A DNA stretch of 64,000 bases from an uncultured archaeon. Lineage in GTDB: Archaea; Thermoproteota; Bathyarchaeia; Bathyarchaeales; Bathycorpusculaceae. The notes beneath the pieces are model-generated. The model was not told where the DNA came from. It worked only from the letters and a program-made list of their open reading frames with translations, and searched no databases. This document shows positions 10,703 through 22,595 of this stretch, one piece after another. Within the stretch, counting starts at the first letter, position 1; the number at the start of each line of letters is the position of its first letter. The position numbers and the translations under genes are program-made. The stretch covers positions 64,001-128,000 of the forward strand of contig CAWALK010000020.1 of assembly GCA_963782915.1 (NCBI GenBank). The letters run 5' to 3'.

Positions 10703-11443
10703 CTAAACATACCTTTTCTCTTTATCACAGTACCAGCGTTGATACTGCTGGATGTAACGGATTGAGCTTCTGCAGTATGGGCACATGGGTGTCTGTGTTG
10801 GCGGTGGAGGCGGCGGTAATGGCATTTCATTTTGGGTTTGTATTAGGGGTGCTCCGCATGAGGTACAGAATTTTGATCCTAACGTGTCAGGGGCGCCGCA
10901 TTTTTGGCAGATTTTCTGTGAAGCAACTTGTGGCTTTTGAACATAGGCGCTTTGCATCGATTGGGGCGAAGTAAAAGCTGTTGGCTGTATACTCGGCGCA
11001 TACTGCAATGCGGTTCTGGCTTGGTTTATTGCTGTAACCCAATCTCGGTTGTTGTTTCCGCCTGAAACCACATAAGCGTGGGTTGGCTTCGATAAACCGC
11101 TGCAATCTATGCTGATGTAGCTTTGACCCATCTTCTTTCCAGCTTCAACTCGCGTAATGCTTTGTAGTGGCATGGCGTAGCTGCCTTCTCGTTTTGATAA
11201 TTCGTCGATTTCAGCTTTAGAAACCCTATTTTCAATCGCTTGTGCAGCGAATACTCCGCCTACTGCCCAAGCTGCCGCCCGTGCGGCTCCTCCCTTATCG
11301 ATGTAGACCAGACGCTTGTTGGTGAGTATTAGGGTGCCGAGATCGGCGAATGCGCCTGCTTTTAATCCAACGGTTGGGGGTGATTGGGATTCGTGGGCTT
11401 TTACGCCTGCCTCTTGCCTTATTATGGCTTCGACTTCTGACAC
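10703..11443 (-). CDS. PH/GRAM-like domain plus zinc-ribbon protein
   Basis: GTLILTNKRLVY (PH-like), CQKCG..CTSCG, poly-Pro, and C-terminal CPYC..YIQQYQRWYC. Confidence 0.7.
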   Translation of the reverse strand: MSEVEAIIRQEAGVKAHESQSPPTVGLKAGAFADLGTLILTNKRLVYIDKGGAARAAAWAVGGVFAAQAIENRVSKAEIDELSKREGSYAMPLQSITRVEAGKKMGQSYISIDCSGLSKPTHAYVVSGGNNNRDWVTAINQARTALQYAPSIQPTAFTSPQSMQSAYVQKPQVASQKICQKCGAPDTLGSKFCTSCGAPLIQTQNEMPLPPPPPPTQTPMCPYCRSSIRYIQQYQRWYCDKEKRYV

Positions 11444-11725
11444 GGGATGCTCCTCAAGCCATAGTTAGCATGTTAGCGCTTTAAGCCTATCGACCCACGT
11501 CACAATTGGGTGTGATGCGGGGGGAATCTGGGAAATCGTTTTTATCCAAAAAAAGCCCAAACGTGATTGCTGGTGTATGTAAAGCCGAAGATTGAATCGA
11601 TACAGAAAAGGGGCTGACAAGGCTCTGGTTAACTAACAGTTACTCATGTTAGAGTTTTCTACCTTCTCTCCTATTTGGTCCAGAGCCTCAGCAAACCCAT
11701 TCAATCAAACGATAGATAATGCCGT

Positions 11726-12235
11726 CTATTTTTTGATGGCTTTCAAGGTAGCCGCAACGTCTTTTTTGAGAAGCTTCTGCTGATTATCTTTATACTGGGA
11801 AAACTGCAAATTAGACAACGCCGCCTCTATAGAACCATTATACTTGTCGGTGGATTGCATTATAGTTCCAAGCCCCTGAATAGTCTGCCTTGCAGTAATG
11901 AATTTCTCGTCGCCACAGCAAGCCATGTATTTCCCAAAGACTTTAGCAAATTTGCCCTCATTATCCCAACGTACATTCTCTGCGATGAGCATAACGCCGA
12001 GGCTGCGCTGGTACGAGTTGTCGCTATCCAACTTTTTCTCCAGAACCTCCCAGTATGGATAAACTGAGGGTGCTTCTTTGGAGTGGGCTTGTAAGAGAAG
12101 AAAAGCATTGTAGCGTATCTTGTCATCTTTTTCGCTGAGCGTTTCTACGAGGAATTTGATGTCGTTTGCGGTTAGAGTTTTGGCTTGGGCAGAAATTTCC
12201 TCTTTTTTTATTATGGCTAATTGGTCGGAGTCCAA
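11726..12235 (-). CDS. HEAT/ARM-repeat protein
   Basis: Helical repeats such as LSEKDDKIRYNA and LDSDNSYQRSLG. Confidence 0.65.
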   Translation of the reverse strand: MDSDQLAIIKKEEISAQAKTLTANDIKFLVETLSEKDDKIRYNAFLLLQAHSKEAPSVYPYWEVLEKKLDSDNSYQRSLGVMLIAENVRWDNEGKFAKVFGKYMACCGDEKFITARQTIQGLGTIMQSTDKYNGSIEAALSNLQFSQYKDNQQKLLKKDVAATLKAIKK

Positions 12236-12412
12236 GTTTTATCCTCAATAGTGATTCTGCATAAGATAAATAAAAGAATAAGCATGGTTGGGTTACTTCG
12301 TTATTGCTAGCTGGTCAAGTTTTCTTGGATTAATAGCCAAATTGGTTTAGTCAAGGTTTCTTGACGAAAAACGCTTTAAGACTGCCTCGGCTCACGGCTT
12401 AATTGATGAAAA

Positions 12413-13641
12413 ATGAAAGCCTTCACTGCACTTATTCTGGCAACCCTAATAGTTTCCTTATCAATCATCTCCTCACCCGCACTCGCTTATGACGCATCTT
12501 CGGTGGGCGTCAAAGAAGGCGACTGGATAGAATACAACATCAGCGTAAATGGAACTGGGTCAGCGCCTCCAACACACGACGTAAGGTGGATGAGAACTAA
12601 CCGTCTTGTCAGTTCAAGATACGGCTTTCTCAATCAATCTTACCGCCCGATATGCTAATGGAACAGTAGGCAACGCCATCTGGAAATTCAACTTCTCAGA
12701 AGGCAACGTCGGAGGCTGGATAATCATTCCCGCCAATCTTGGAGTAGGCGACACATTCTATGATTCCTCGATACACAATCACAAACCCGTAAATGTAACA
12801 ATTCAAAGTGAAGCCCAAAAAACCGTTTTGGGTGCAAACCGAATTTTAACGTATGGGAACGATTCTTTTCGGCATAAGGAATGGGATAAAGCTACTGGCG
12901 TGTTTGTTGGGTCTTCGGAAACTTACCGTAACGTAACTACAAAGGATGGCTGGTACATTGACGACCTGACTGTAACTGTGGATGCAGTTGCAACCAACAT
13001 ATGGAGCCCTGAAGCCCCAAGCGCCGAGTCAGTCAATGTTTTATCCACTGGTGATTGCAGTGGGTTTGGTTGCCGCTGTTACGTCTTTGCTAATAGTTGT
13101 AGCCCGTAGAAAACACGTTACACTGAATCCTAAGCAGCAGACAGTTGCAGGCATCGCTCTTGTATTGGGGCTAATATTTGCTGTTGGCGCCATATCATCC
13201 ACGCCCATAAGCGAAAGTCAGGTTCCACTTAGTTTCCGAGATATCAACGTAATCATGCAAACGCTTTGGATGACCCTGATTCTAATCAGCATGTGGTTTA
13301 GAAGTAAAGGCAATTACCTCATGCATGGTATCCTAGCAATAATGGCAGTTTCTATAACAATCGTAAGTTTCCTCGGCGTGCTGGTTATGTCTCCTATGAA
13401 TAACAGTTCGATGGCTGAGTATTTGGGTTCACCCTTGGATTTGGCGGTGTTTTTAGGTCATGCTGTCTTTTCTTTTCCCGCGTTAGCTTTCGGAGTGTGG
13501 CTTATCATTATTTGGCGACCAAATTCACCGACGTTTCCAGCTAAAAGCCGAAGGATTGCTTGGTTATTGACAGTGTTCTGGGTGCTTTCCTATGTTGTAG
13601 GCATCTTGGATTACATGATTATCCGTAACCATCTCTTCTGA
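12413..13641 (+). CDS. Secreted-domain plus multi-TM (DUF420-like) membrane protein (two indels)
   Basis: Signal peptide, VGVKEGDWIEY domain, then TM helices with conserved His; three overlapping ORF pieces. Confidence 0.6.
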
Positions 13642-13700
13642 TACAAGCTTCTTTGCTAAAAAAACCCATTCAACGAAATACAATCAAAAGAGTTGACGAG

Positions 13701-13774
13701 TGGACCGGAGGGGATTTGAACCCCTGACCTCTTGAGTGCAAGTCAAGCGTTCATACCAGCTGAACTACCGGCCC
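13701..13774 (-). tRNA. tRNA-Ala(UGC), intronless, CCA not encoded
   Basis: GGGCCGGTAGTTCAGCTGGTATGAACGCTTGAC-TTGCA-CTCAAGAGGTCAGGGGTTCAAATCCCCTCCGGTCCA folds as a cloverleaf with anticodon TGC and a G3:U70 pair. Confidence 0.95.
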
Positions 13775-14016
13775 GCCACTTTCCCAAACCTATGCAGAAG
13801 AATGATATTTAGGTTTTGGATAGCCAACTTGTAAAAAGCTACAATAAAGCCCTGGAAAAAACGCTGGCTATCTTTTTGCCCAGCATTCCCAGCAGTAAAC
13901 GTTAGGTTGAAAGGGCCTTCGCATTCTTGTTCATCGCAGTCGAATGCTTGAAACAGAATTTTCATATCTCATTGGGATTGATTGTTGGGTTTAAGCGGTA
14001 ATGTATTCTTATTCTT

Positions 14017-16269
14017 ATGTTGAATATTCAGGATTTGAATGCTGGATTCATAAGTGTTTTAACACCCCTCACTCGCTTAATACGCATGAGAATTCGCTAC
14101 AAGATGCTCCTGATTCTGGGGTTAATCACCGTTATCTTAATGGCGGGTCTCATAGTTTTCGGAGAAAAAGCGATGTTGGATGGCATAACCGAATCCGAAA
14201 ACAAGCAGTCAACAGACAATGCCTTACGGTTAACTCAAAACTTAGACATCGCCATCACCAACATACACAACACCGTCAACGATTGGGCACAATGGGACGA
14301 TACATACGCTTTTGTTGAAAACAACAACACCGCCTATATCGCATCCAATTTGATGGACGATACGTTTGTGAATTTGCAGTTGAACATGATGCTTTATTTT
14401 AATGAGAATAGAGGCTCTTTGGTTTTCGGAAAATCTATATAATTTTTCAAACCAGACTGCTATTGCAACTTAATGATAACACAGTAGCCCAAGTTATCCA
14501 AAACGAGAATTTGTTTAATGAATCAGCTCAGGAAGGCGGTTTAATTCTCTTAGACGGAACACCTATGCTGGTGGCTTCTTGTCCGATCCTTAGCAGCTTG
14601 GAAGAGGGGCCTTCGCATGGAACCCTAATAATGGGCAGATATCTCGACGAAAATCAACTGATGCTTCTATCCTCATCAACCGGCCTACCTATATCCTACG
14701 CACTAGTTAACAGCACATCCGCAAGTGCAAGTTTTGAGTTAGCTAAAGCCAACCTCTCAGGAGAACGCCCAATCTTTGCCCATCCCTTGAATGAAACCTA
14801 CATCGCCGGATATGCATTATTAAACGACGTTGAAGGCGAGCCCCTCCTGATCATGAGAGTGGATGATTACCGAACAGAATACACCTTAGGAACCGGTGGT
14901 TTGGTTTACTCTGAAATATTCTTTGTAGGCATCGCTCTTTGCGTATTTATTGCAATTGCTCTTCTCTTAGACAAACTAGTCATATCACGCTTGAGCAGTC
15001 TAAGCGGTACAGTGACAAAAATAAGGCATAATGATAAAAATTTAAGGCGTGTTAAAGTTGAAGGAAACGATGAATTATCCAGCCTTAGCCAGAACATAAA
15101 TGGACTGCTAGACGTCATCGAGCAGAACACGTTTACGCTTGAAAATACAGTGGCTGAACGCACAAAAGAGTTGGCGGAAAACAAGAAGCAACTGGAAAGT
15201 ATTTTGCAGGCGTCTCCTGATGCCATAATCGCCGCTGACTTAGCCGGTAACCTTATTGAATGTAACATGCGAGTCACTGAACTGAGCGGTTTTACCCATG
15301 AAGACCTTATTGGAAAACCGGGGTTAAATTTTCTAGTGGATAGGTTACGTCAAGACTTTGCGAAAGAAGTTGTTGCTGTATTCCAAAACAAGGGTCCGGT
15401 GCGTTGTGAAACCTATTTTATGAAAAAAGACGGCTTCAGAAATACCCGTTGAATTCTCTGTTAGCCTTGTTAAAGATGAAGCGGACCATCCAATTGGCAT
15501 AGTCGGTATCATTAGGGACCTCTCGGAAAAGAAACTGCTTGAGCAGCGCCTCTTACGTTCAGAGCGTTTAGCCGCTATTGGTGAATTAGCAGGTATGGTT
15601 GCACATGATATTCGTAATCCGCTTGCAGCAATAAGAAACGCAGATTACCTTATCAAGAAAAAAACCGTAAACGGCAAAAACAGTGACATTGCCCCTATGA
15701 TTGAGATTATCGATAAATCCATTGATCACGCTAACGCAATTATCACTGATTTATTGGAATATTCAAAGAAGCTCCGCCTCGACATAGTCGAGTGTTCACC
15801 TAAACAGTTGCTTGAAAAAGCACTAATTATGGTAAAGATTCCAGAAAACATACAATTCCAAGATTTAACAGCCGATTCAAAACTAAAAGCTGACGAAAAC
15901 AAAGCCGTACGGGTCTATGTTAACTTGATAAAAAACGCAGTAGACGCCATGCCCAATGGCGGCACGTTAGAAATCAAAAGCTATCAAGAGAAAGACACAG
16001 TTGTTATCTCTTTCACCGACACCGGCCAAGGCATCTCGCAGGAAACGCTGCCCAAAATATTCACACCCCTATTCACCACTAAAGCACAGGGCATGGGTTT
16101 CGGCTTATCCATTAGCAAACGCATCGTCGAAGGGCACGGCGGCAAAATCCTGGTTCAAAGCGAAGAGGGAAAAGGCACAACCTTCGTCGTCATTTTTCCG
16201 TTGGAGCCAAAATTTAACGATGAGGAAAGCGGCGGCAACCCTGATATTTTGACGGATGAAATAGTTTAA
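14017..16269 (+). CDS. CHASE4-HAMP-PAS sensor histidine kinase (indels near 14440 and 15450)
   Basis: DWAQWDDTY (CHASE4), GNDELSSL (HAMP), PDAII (PAS), AHDIRNPL (H-box), N-box, DTGQGI, and PLFTTK-GMGFGL. Confidence 0.9.
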
Positions 16270-16306
16270 AAGTTATATTCATGAGCTAAACACTGGTTAT
16301 GGAGGC

Positions 16307-16798
16307 TTGTGTTTGGAATTAAAAACCGTTAAAGTAGAGCCGCCCAAAGACTGCAACATCATTTTGGGTCAAGCGCATTTCATAAAAACCGCTGAAGACC
16401 TCTATGAAGCCCTCGTCAACTCTGTTCCCGGCATAAAGTTCGGTTTGGGTTTCTGTGAAAGTTCAGGTCCTTGCTTGGTGCGTTGTGAAGGTAACGATGA
16501 TGAGTTGCGGCGGTTGGCTGCGGAGAAGGCGTTTGAAATTGGTTGCGGCCACTGCTTTGTAATTTATCTTAAGAATGCTTATCCGCTCAATGTACTGGAT
16601 AAAATCAAAATGGTGCCCGAAGTGTGCTCAATTTATGCTGCGTCGGCTAATCCGTTGGAAATAGTCATTGCTGAGACTGAGCAGGGCAGAGGCATCATGG
16701 GCGTTATAGACGGCTTCAAGAGCAAGGGTATAGAAACCGACAAGGACATAGCAGACCGCCGAGGGTTTCTACGTAAAATAGGCTACAAACTCAGCTAA
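16307..16798 (+). CDS. Adenosine-specific kinase family protein
   Basis: Motifs [23 protein letters not shown] and [10 protein letters not shown]. Confidence 0.85.
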   Translation: MCLELKTVKVEPPKDCNIILGQAHFIKTAEDLYEALVNSVPGIKFGLGFCESSGPCLVRCEGNDDELRRLAAEKAFEIGCGHCFVIYLKNAYPLNVLDKIKMVPEVCSIYAASANPLEIVIAETEQGRGIMGVIDGFKSKGIETDKDIADRRGFLRKIGYKLS

Positions 16799-16861
16799 GA
16801 ATGGCATTACTTTTTTATTTCCCTTTTTAGTCAACCTAGCCAATAGGTTAGGTGTAGTTTT

Positions 16862-17740
16862 TTGGCAGAATCATCAGCGGCATATGAACGAAACATGGCT
16901 CAACTCAAAGCCTACAAAGAACAACAATCCCAAGAACAAACAGAACTTAAAGACCGAATGGGCAAAATCACCCATAAAATCGCAATCATAAGCGGCAAAG
17001 GCGGAGTCGGAAAAAGCACCGTCACCGTAAACTTGGCTACAGCTTTTGCCATGCAGGGCAAACGAGTCGGAATCTTAGATGCAGATATCCATGGCCCCAG
17101 CGTACCCCGCCTGTTAGGGTTGGAGGGTAAAGAGGTTAAAGCCAGCCCAATCGGCGCTTTCCCGGTTGAGGGCCCGTTGGGTATGAAGGTTATGTCTATT
17201 GATTTCTTCCTCTCTGAGGAGTCACCTGCGATTTGGCGTGGACCGCTTAAGATGCGTGCGATCAAACAGTTCTTGGGTGAAGTTGTTTGGGGCGAACTTG
17301 ATTACTTATTTATCGATTTGCCGCCTGGCACTGGGGATGAGCCTTTGAGTATTGCTCAGCTTTTACCCGAAATGGATGGCGTAGTCATCGTCACAATGCC
17401 CACCCAGCTATCCAGCAGCATCGTCAAAAAAGCCGTCACGTTCGCAGAGAAACTGAACATGCAAACCATCGGTGTAGTTGAGAACATGAGCGGCTTTGTG
17501 TGTCCTCACTGCGGCAAAAAAACCGAGATCTTCGGTTCAGGCGGCGGCGAGAAAATGGCTAAAGAAGTAAATGTGCCCTTCCTCGGTAGCATTCCTATTG
17601 ACCCAAAAGTCGGTGCAGATTCAGATAAGGGAACACCTTTTGTGTTGAGCGATAAAGAGTCGGCTGCAACAAAAGCTTTCATGCAAGTTGTAGCAAAAGT
17701 CCAAGAATATATAAATACAAAAAATAGTAAAAGGGTTTGA
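16862..17740 (+). CDS. Mrp/NBP35 (ApbC) Fe-S cluster carrier ATPase
   Basis: Motifs SGKGGVGKS, DADIHGPS, DLPPGTGD and ENMSGFVCPHC. Confidence 0.95.
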   Translation: MAESSAAYERNMAQLKAYKEQQSQEQTELKDRMGKITHKIAIISGKGGVGKSTVTVNLATAFAMQGKRVGILDADIHGPSVPRLLGLEGKEVKASPIGAFPVEGPLGMKVMSIDFFLSEESPAIWRGPLKMRAIKQFLGEVVWGELDYLFIDLPPGTGDEPLSIAQLLPEMDGVVIVTMPTQLSSSIVKKAVTFAEKLNMQTIGVVENMSGFVCPHCGKKTEIFGSGGGEKMAKEVNVPFLGSIPIDPKVGADSDKGTPFVLSDKESAATKAFMQVVAKVQEYINTKNSKRV

Positions 17741-17776
17741 GAGCTAAACACTCTCTAATATTTTTTTGTCCGGTGG

Positions 17777-18067
17777 TTACGCTTTCGTTAGAGTAATCTC
17801 TATCGTGGAAACCATTCTGGACCTGTTCTCGCCTTCTCTTGGTGGCATCTCGGCGGTTCCGATTGCAATTTTGGTCACTTTGAGGTCTTTAATGAAGCGG
17901 CTTCTTGTAATTTCTGCGACATCAACTGCGGTGGTGATTGCTTGACCTCTTGCTTTTAGGGTTATTTCTTTTTGGGACCCTGAAGAGAATGCTGTTATGA
18001 TGGCGAGCACATAGCTCATTGGTGGTTTGTTTCCAACGAATATTACGTCACTGGCTTTTTCTGACAT
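17777..18067 (-). CDS. albA: Chromatin protein Alba, copy 1
   Basis: IFVGNKPPMSYV, LKARGQAITTAVDVAEI and VSTIEI; likely start MSEK. Confidence 0.93.
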   Translation of the reverse strand: MSEKASDVIFVGNKPPMSYVLAIITAFSSGSQKEITLKARGQAITTAVDVAEITRSRFIKDLKVTKIAIGTAEMPPREGENRSRMVSTIEITLTKA

Positions 18068-18365
18068 ATGTACTTTCAACTCCTTTTTTATGTTGTTTTG
18101 CAATGAATTAACGTTCAAGCTGTCTCTCCTCTTGTAGACTTTGAACGTTACTGTTTAGTACGCCAAACTTCCTAATAAAGAAATTTCAATTCAACGGATG
18201 GTAACCTGTGCGGTATATCGGTTTTAGGGTAGTTAAGTCAGCTTATTTTCGGTTGAATAGAGCTTTTAGCATTATTTTTTATAGTGACATTAAGGTATTT
18301 TGGAAAAGCGCTATAGTTTTATACCTCCTCCTTGAAGGGAAGAGTACAAGCAGGAAGAAGCATAC

Positions 18366-19100
18366 ATGTCTGTGTCACCTGGTTTGAGGGAAGTTTTAGC
18401 TAGAAGAATTGCGGGAGAAATCATACTTTCAAGCAACCCAGGCTCCACCATGCGGAAATGGCGTGAACTCTTCGCAGTCTCCCAACTTAGCCTATCAACC
18501 GCGATGAAACTCTCCTCCTCAGTGATAAGTGACTATGAGAGTGGCAGACGCAAAAGCCCCGGAGCCAAATTCATCCGCCGATTCGTGCTCTCACTGCTCC
18601 ATATCGATGAAGAAAAAGGCAGCCGTTTCATAAGAGAATTCGCCAGACTCACAAGTTCACCCAGCATGGCAGTAGTGGATCTTCGCGAGTTTCCCATTCC
18701 AGTCAGGGTTGAGTATCTCTGTAAAGCAATAGGCGGCGAAATCGTTGCTTGCAAAGAAAAATTCGTGAAAGAAGTCAACGGCTACACAGTCATCGACAGC
18801 CGAAAAGCTGTTGAGGCTTACTCGGGTTCAGAGTATGCGCAGCTCTTCGGCGCTACCACGGAGCGGGCGCTGGTATTTACCAATGTAGATGGCGGCAGTT
18901 TGCCCATGATGATTATACGAGTGAGCAGTCTCAAGCCTCGTATCGTGATTTTCCATAAGACCATGCCTGACGAGCAAGCGATTCGTATTGCGGAGTATGA
19001 GCAGATTCCGATTATATTCTCGTCTATGCCCAGCGTTGAGCAGTTGGTGATGTCGCTTCGTAAACTCTACCGTATTGCGTTGCGGATTAAGATTGGGTAA
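18366..19100 (+). CDS. Archaeal XRE-HTH transcriptional regulator with C-terminal DRTGG-like domain
   Basis: Motifs IAGEIILS, RKWRELF, SVISDYESGRRKSPG and ERALVFT. Confidence 0.8.
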   Translation: MSVSPGLREVLARRIAGEIILSSNPGSTMRKWRELFAVSQLSLSTAMKLSSSVISDYESGRRKSPGAKFIRRFVLSLLHIDEEKGSRFIREFARLTSSPSMAVVDLREFPIPVRVEYLCKAIGGEIVACKEKFVKEVNGYTVIDSRKAVEAYSGSEYAQLFGATTERALVFTNVDGGSLPMMIIRVSSLKPRIVIFHKTMPDEQAIRIAEYEQIPIIFSSMPSVEQLVMSLRKLYRIALRIKIG

Positions 19101-19141
19101 GAAGCGTGTGCGTCCGCCGCCAAAAATCAGCGCTTAACGGG

Positions 19142-20506
19142 TCATTTGTTGGAATGTTTATAGTGTTTTACTATTGCAAGTATTGTAAGGCAGATTATTG
19201 CTATTAAAATGGCTGATATGACTGTTAATATTTCTAGCGGCAAAGATGGTAGCCCCGTTGAGGAACTGGTTGTTGGAGAGACAGACGGTGAAACAGGAGT
19301 TGTTTTAACAATATAGTAGTAACATTCACTGTATGTAGTTCCTGGCTGAGTTTGACCCGCAAGAGCGAACCCACCGTCGAGTGTTTCAATTGCCGAGAAG
19401 GCACTATCGTCGCTTTGAATGCCACCGAAGGTTTGAGTCCAGTGCTGGTTTCCATCTTCGTCTGTTTTGATTAGAATTATATCGTTGGAGGCTGTGCCCG
19501 CCAGTGCATAACCGTTATCGCCTGTTTGAACTATGGCGTAGGGCCAAATTTGCCCAGATTCCCCATAGGTCTTGTTCCACTGGATTGTGCCCGCGGAGTC
19601 AGTTTTTACTATTAGGGCAAAGGCTGTTTCTCCTCCGTTAATGTTCTCGTTAAATGCGCGACCTGCCAGTACGTAGCCGCCGTCGGCTGTTTTAATCAGT
19701 GCGGATAAGTCGTTGCCGCTGTATCGGTACTGCTCTGGGTCACTTGGTAGCGCAGGCGGCAATTCTTTGTCCCATAGAATATTACCTGAGGCGTCAACCT
19801 TTACCAGTCGATCTCCAGCAACTGCCACATAGTTTCCGTCGTCAGCCTGAACTACTGCATGAAAGAAGTCTGAGTAGCTTGAACCATACATTTTGCTCCA
19901 CTGCATTTTTCCGGAGGCATCGGTTTTTATCAGCACCGCTTTAGGTTGAGTTTCAATGCTAAGAGTGCTGGTGGTTCCAGTGATAAGGTACCCGCCGTCG
20001 TGAGTTTGGGTCATTCCCCAAGTAAGATAATTGCCGGGGTACGTTTGGCTCCATTGAATTTGTCCCTCTGAATCGGTTTTAATCAGTGTTAGCGTTAAGG
20101 TGCCGTATTGGTTTCCTATTATAACATATCCAGAATCGTTAGTCTGTATTATTGCGCTATTAAGTGGATAGTTGATGAACTGTAAATCATAGCTTTGATT
20201 CCACTGCACATTGCCATTTGCGTCAAGTTTGACAAGTGTGACGTTTAGAGGGTTCTGGCTGCCATACATGCCACTGACTGCGTAACCACCATCTTTTGTC
20301 TGTATAATTTGATGCGCTGTATTGTAGTGGCCTAATCCAAAAGTAGCGTTCCATTCTATTACGGGCAGAGATGCTGTTGATGCTTGGGCTGTTGTTGCTG
20401 TTCGATTACTCCCTGTGAAGGTCGGTAACGATGTGATTAGACAGAGGAAAAGCACTGCAATGAAGACGATGGTGTGTCTTTGGTTAGACATATCAGTCAT
20501 CCTCAT
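19142..20506 (-). CDS. Secreted beta-propeller-like repeat protein with C-terminal TM anchor
   Basis: About 7 repeats of QTxDGGYxxxG...LIKTDxxGxxQWxxTYG; signal peptide; TM. Confidence 0.8.
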   Translation of the reverse strand: MRMTDMSNQRHTIVFIAVLFLCLITSLPTFTGSNRTATTAQASTASLPVIEWNATFGLGHYNTAHQIIQTKDGGYAVSGMYGSQNPLNVTLVKLDANGNVQWNQSYDLQFINYPLNSAIIQTNDSGYVIIGNQYGTLTLTLIKTDSEGQIQWSQTYPGNYLTWGMTQTHDGGYLITGTTSTLSIETQPKAVLIKTDASGKMQWSKMYGSSYSDFFHAVVQADDGNYVAVAGDRLVKVDASGNILWDKELPPALPSDPEQYRYSGNDLSALIKTADGGYVLAGRAFNENINGGETAFALIVKTDSAGTIQWNKTYGESGQIWPYAIVQTGDNGYALAGTASNDIILIKTDEDGNQHWTQTFGGIQSDDSAFSAIETLDGGFALAGQTQPGTTYSECYYYIVKTTPVSPSVSPTTSSSTGLPSLPLEILTVISAILIAIICLTILAIVKHYKHSNK

Positions 20507-21908
20507 ACTGAGCCGTTTTGAGTTTTCTATAATATTTACTTGCTTTGAGTCGCTTGGTAACTGTCAGCCTTTTCTTAAACAACAGAAGCGCTACACAGGT
20601 AACTGCTGCAATCGATACTCCAGTTGCATAGATTTCTATTGGTATAGGCAATGTTTCCGTTGATGAAGGTGAAGATGGTGAAGTTGGTGGTATGATCGGA
20701 GTAGTTTTTAGAATATAGAAGTTTTCACCCTTAGCTGTGGTTTTTCCTGCAAGGGCTAATCCGTCATCGTCGGTTTCAATCACTGAGTAGGCGATGTCGG
20801 TGTTCTGATTGTCTTGAAAGGTTTGGTTCCACTGTTTATTTCCGTTTGTGTCGATTTTTAATAGAACCATATCATTGAGGGCTGAGCCAGTTAATACATA
20901 ACCCCCATCGTTGGTTTGAACCATAGAATACACAATGCTTAGTCCTGTTTCTCCATAGGTCTTGTTCCACTGTACTGAGCCTGCGGCATCAGTTTTTATC
21001 AGTAAAGCTGCGGTTGTTTCCTTACCTTGTGTATTTCCGTATGATGCACGACCTGCAAGTGCGTAGCCTTCGTCGTTTGTTTTAATAAGAGTGAATATGT
21101 CGCTGTCACTGTATGTATATTGCGAGTCGTTTGCCGATGTGGCCGAAAATTTTTTATCCCATAAGACATTGCCCGAAGTGTCAACTTTTACTAGCCAAGC
21201 ACTGAATTGCTGAGTTGCAATAGAAAATGAGGTACCTGCCGCAACATAGCTTCCATTGTCAGCTTGGACTACTGATCGGAGGTATATTGATCCTGAGCCA
21301 TAGGCTTTTCTCCACTGTATTTCACCAGACGAATAAGTTTTAATGAGCAGTGTTGAAGGGTGTGACTTCATGTCATACGCTGTCTGGCCTGTTATTATGT
21401 ATCCGCCGTCGCTTGTTTTTGCCATACCAAATGCGAGATCGTTATACACCAAATAGGTTCGCTTCCACTGAACTTATGCCCTCTGAGTCAGTCTTGATGA
21501 GTACCATGTCCTTGTTATGGTTGCCAACAATAGTGAATCCGCCGTCATCTGTCTGCACAAGCGCCGTGGTCAAAGGGTAATTGGTGAACGTCAAATCGTA
21601 GGTTTGATTCCAAAGCAGGTTGCCCCCTGCATCAAGTTTTACGAGTGCAACATTAGGGGTGCCGCCCATGGGACCACACGTACCTGTTACCGCGTAGCCG
21701 CCATCTTGGGTTTGGATTATTTCACATGCCTTGTTATAGTAGCTTAGCCCAAAGGTAACATTCCATTCAAGTGACGGCGCAGAATTGGATGGTGTTGATG
21801 TTTGGGCGTAGGTAGCCGTTTGCGCTCTCAAAGTACGCTTGATAAGGAGGCGCCTAAACAGATAATTAGCGTGGTAATCAGAGCGATTGTGCATCTTTGG
21901 TTATGCAT
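20493..21908 (-). CDS. Tandem paralog of the beta-propeller surface protein (indels)
   Basis: Same repeat architecture, split over ORFs 20493-21452 and 21442-21894. Confidence 0.75.
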
Positions 21909-22107
21909 GTGTGTCACTACAGTAGATGGCTTGGAGCTTGCCTTTAATTCTACTCATGGAACAAATTGTTCCAGCTCTGGAACACTAAAGACGCAGACAG
22001 TTGATTGAGCTCTTTGGTTCTGTAAATCTATTCGCTCAAACTAAGCAATTTCCAGCTTGTTATAGCATTTACCCTTTTACAGTTTCAAAGTAAAATGAAA
22101 CGGCCCA

Positions 22108-22521
22108 TTAACATGTTACATGTATGAATGCTACTATTTTCCTTTTATCTTCATCAATTTTTGGAAGTACATCCGGTGTCGAAGCTATGATTGTCTCATA
22201 GTCTTTAAGCAATGCAAGCGCTTCAGGGGTAATGGGCAATGCAGATTCATAACCTGTTCCGACATAGACAACCTCTGGCTTTTCGTCCGCTAAAATGTCT
22301 AATTCTTTTTCAGAGAGGGGTGTATGTCCATAAGTGGGTTTGAGGTCTTTTGATTTCTTCTTTTTGCGTTTAGTGATTTTTCCGTCAGTATGGATGACTA
22401 TGTCTTTTTCGTATTTTTCGCCTTTTATTTTGATATACCAAGAAACTAAACTCCTGCTCATAGCGAATACATTTTCTATATACTGCTTAAATATAAAGAA
22501 TCCTTGAAAAATCAAGGTCAA
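22108..22521 (-). CDS. Mth938/DUF498-like protein
   Basis: YEKDIVIH, YGHTPL, PEVVYVGTG and C-terminal HVTC; true start is probably MSR near 22460. Confidence 0.75.
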   Translation of the reverse strand: MTLIFQGFFIFKQYIENVFAMSRSLVSWYIKIKGEKYEKDIVIHTDGKITKRKKKKSKDLKPTYGHTPLSEKELDILADEKPEVVYVGTGYESALPITPEALALLKDYETIIASTPDVLPKIDEDKRKIVAFIHVTC

Positions 22522-22595
22522 TAACTAGTATTTTAATGATTTACTCTACAAGTCCTTATTACTTGGAAACTGTTTTTGTGCTATTGTGATTTGCT

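Noticed and set aside
7265-13700. Integrated element downstream of tRNA-Ala
   Set aside because: The genes look accessory, but I found no integrase and no direct repeat of the tRNA 3' end. The only tRNA fragment seen is inverted and on the other side.
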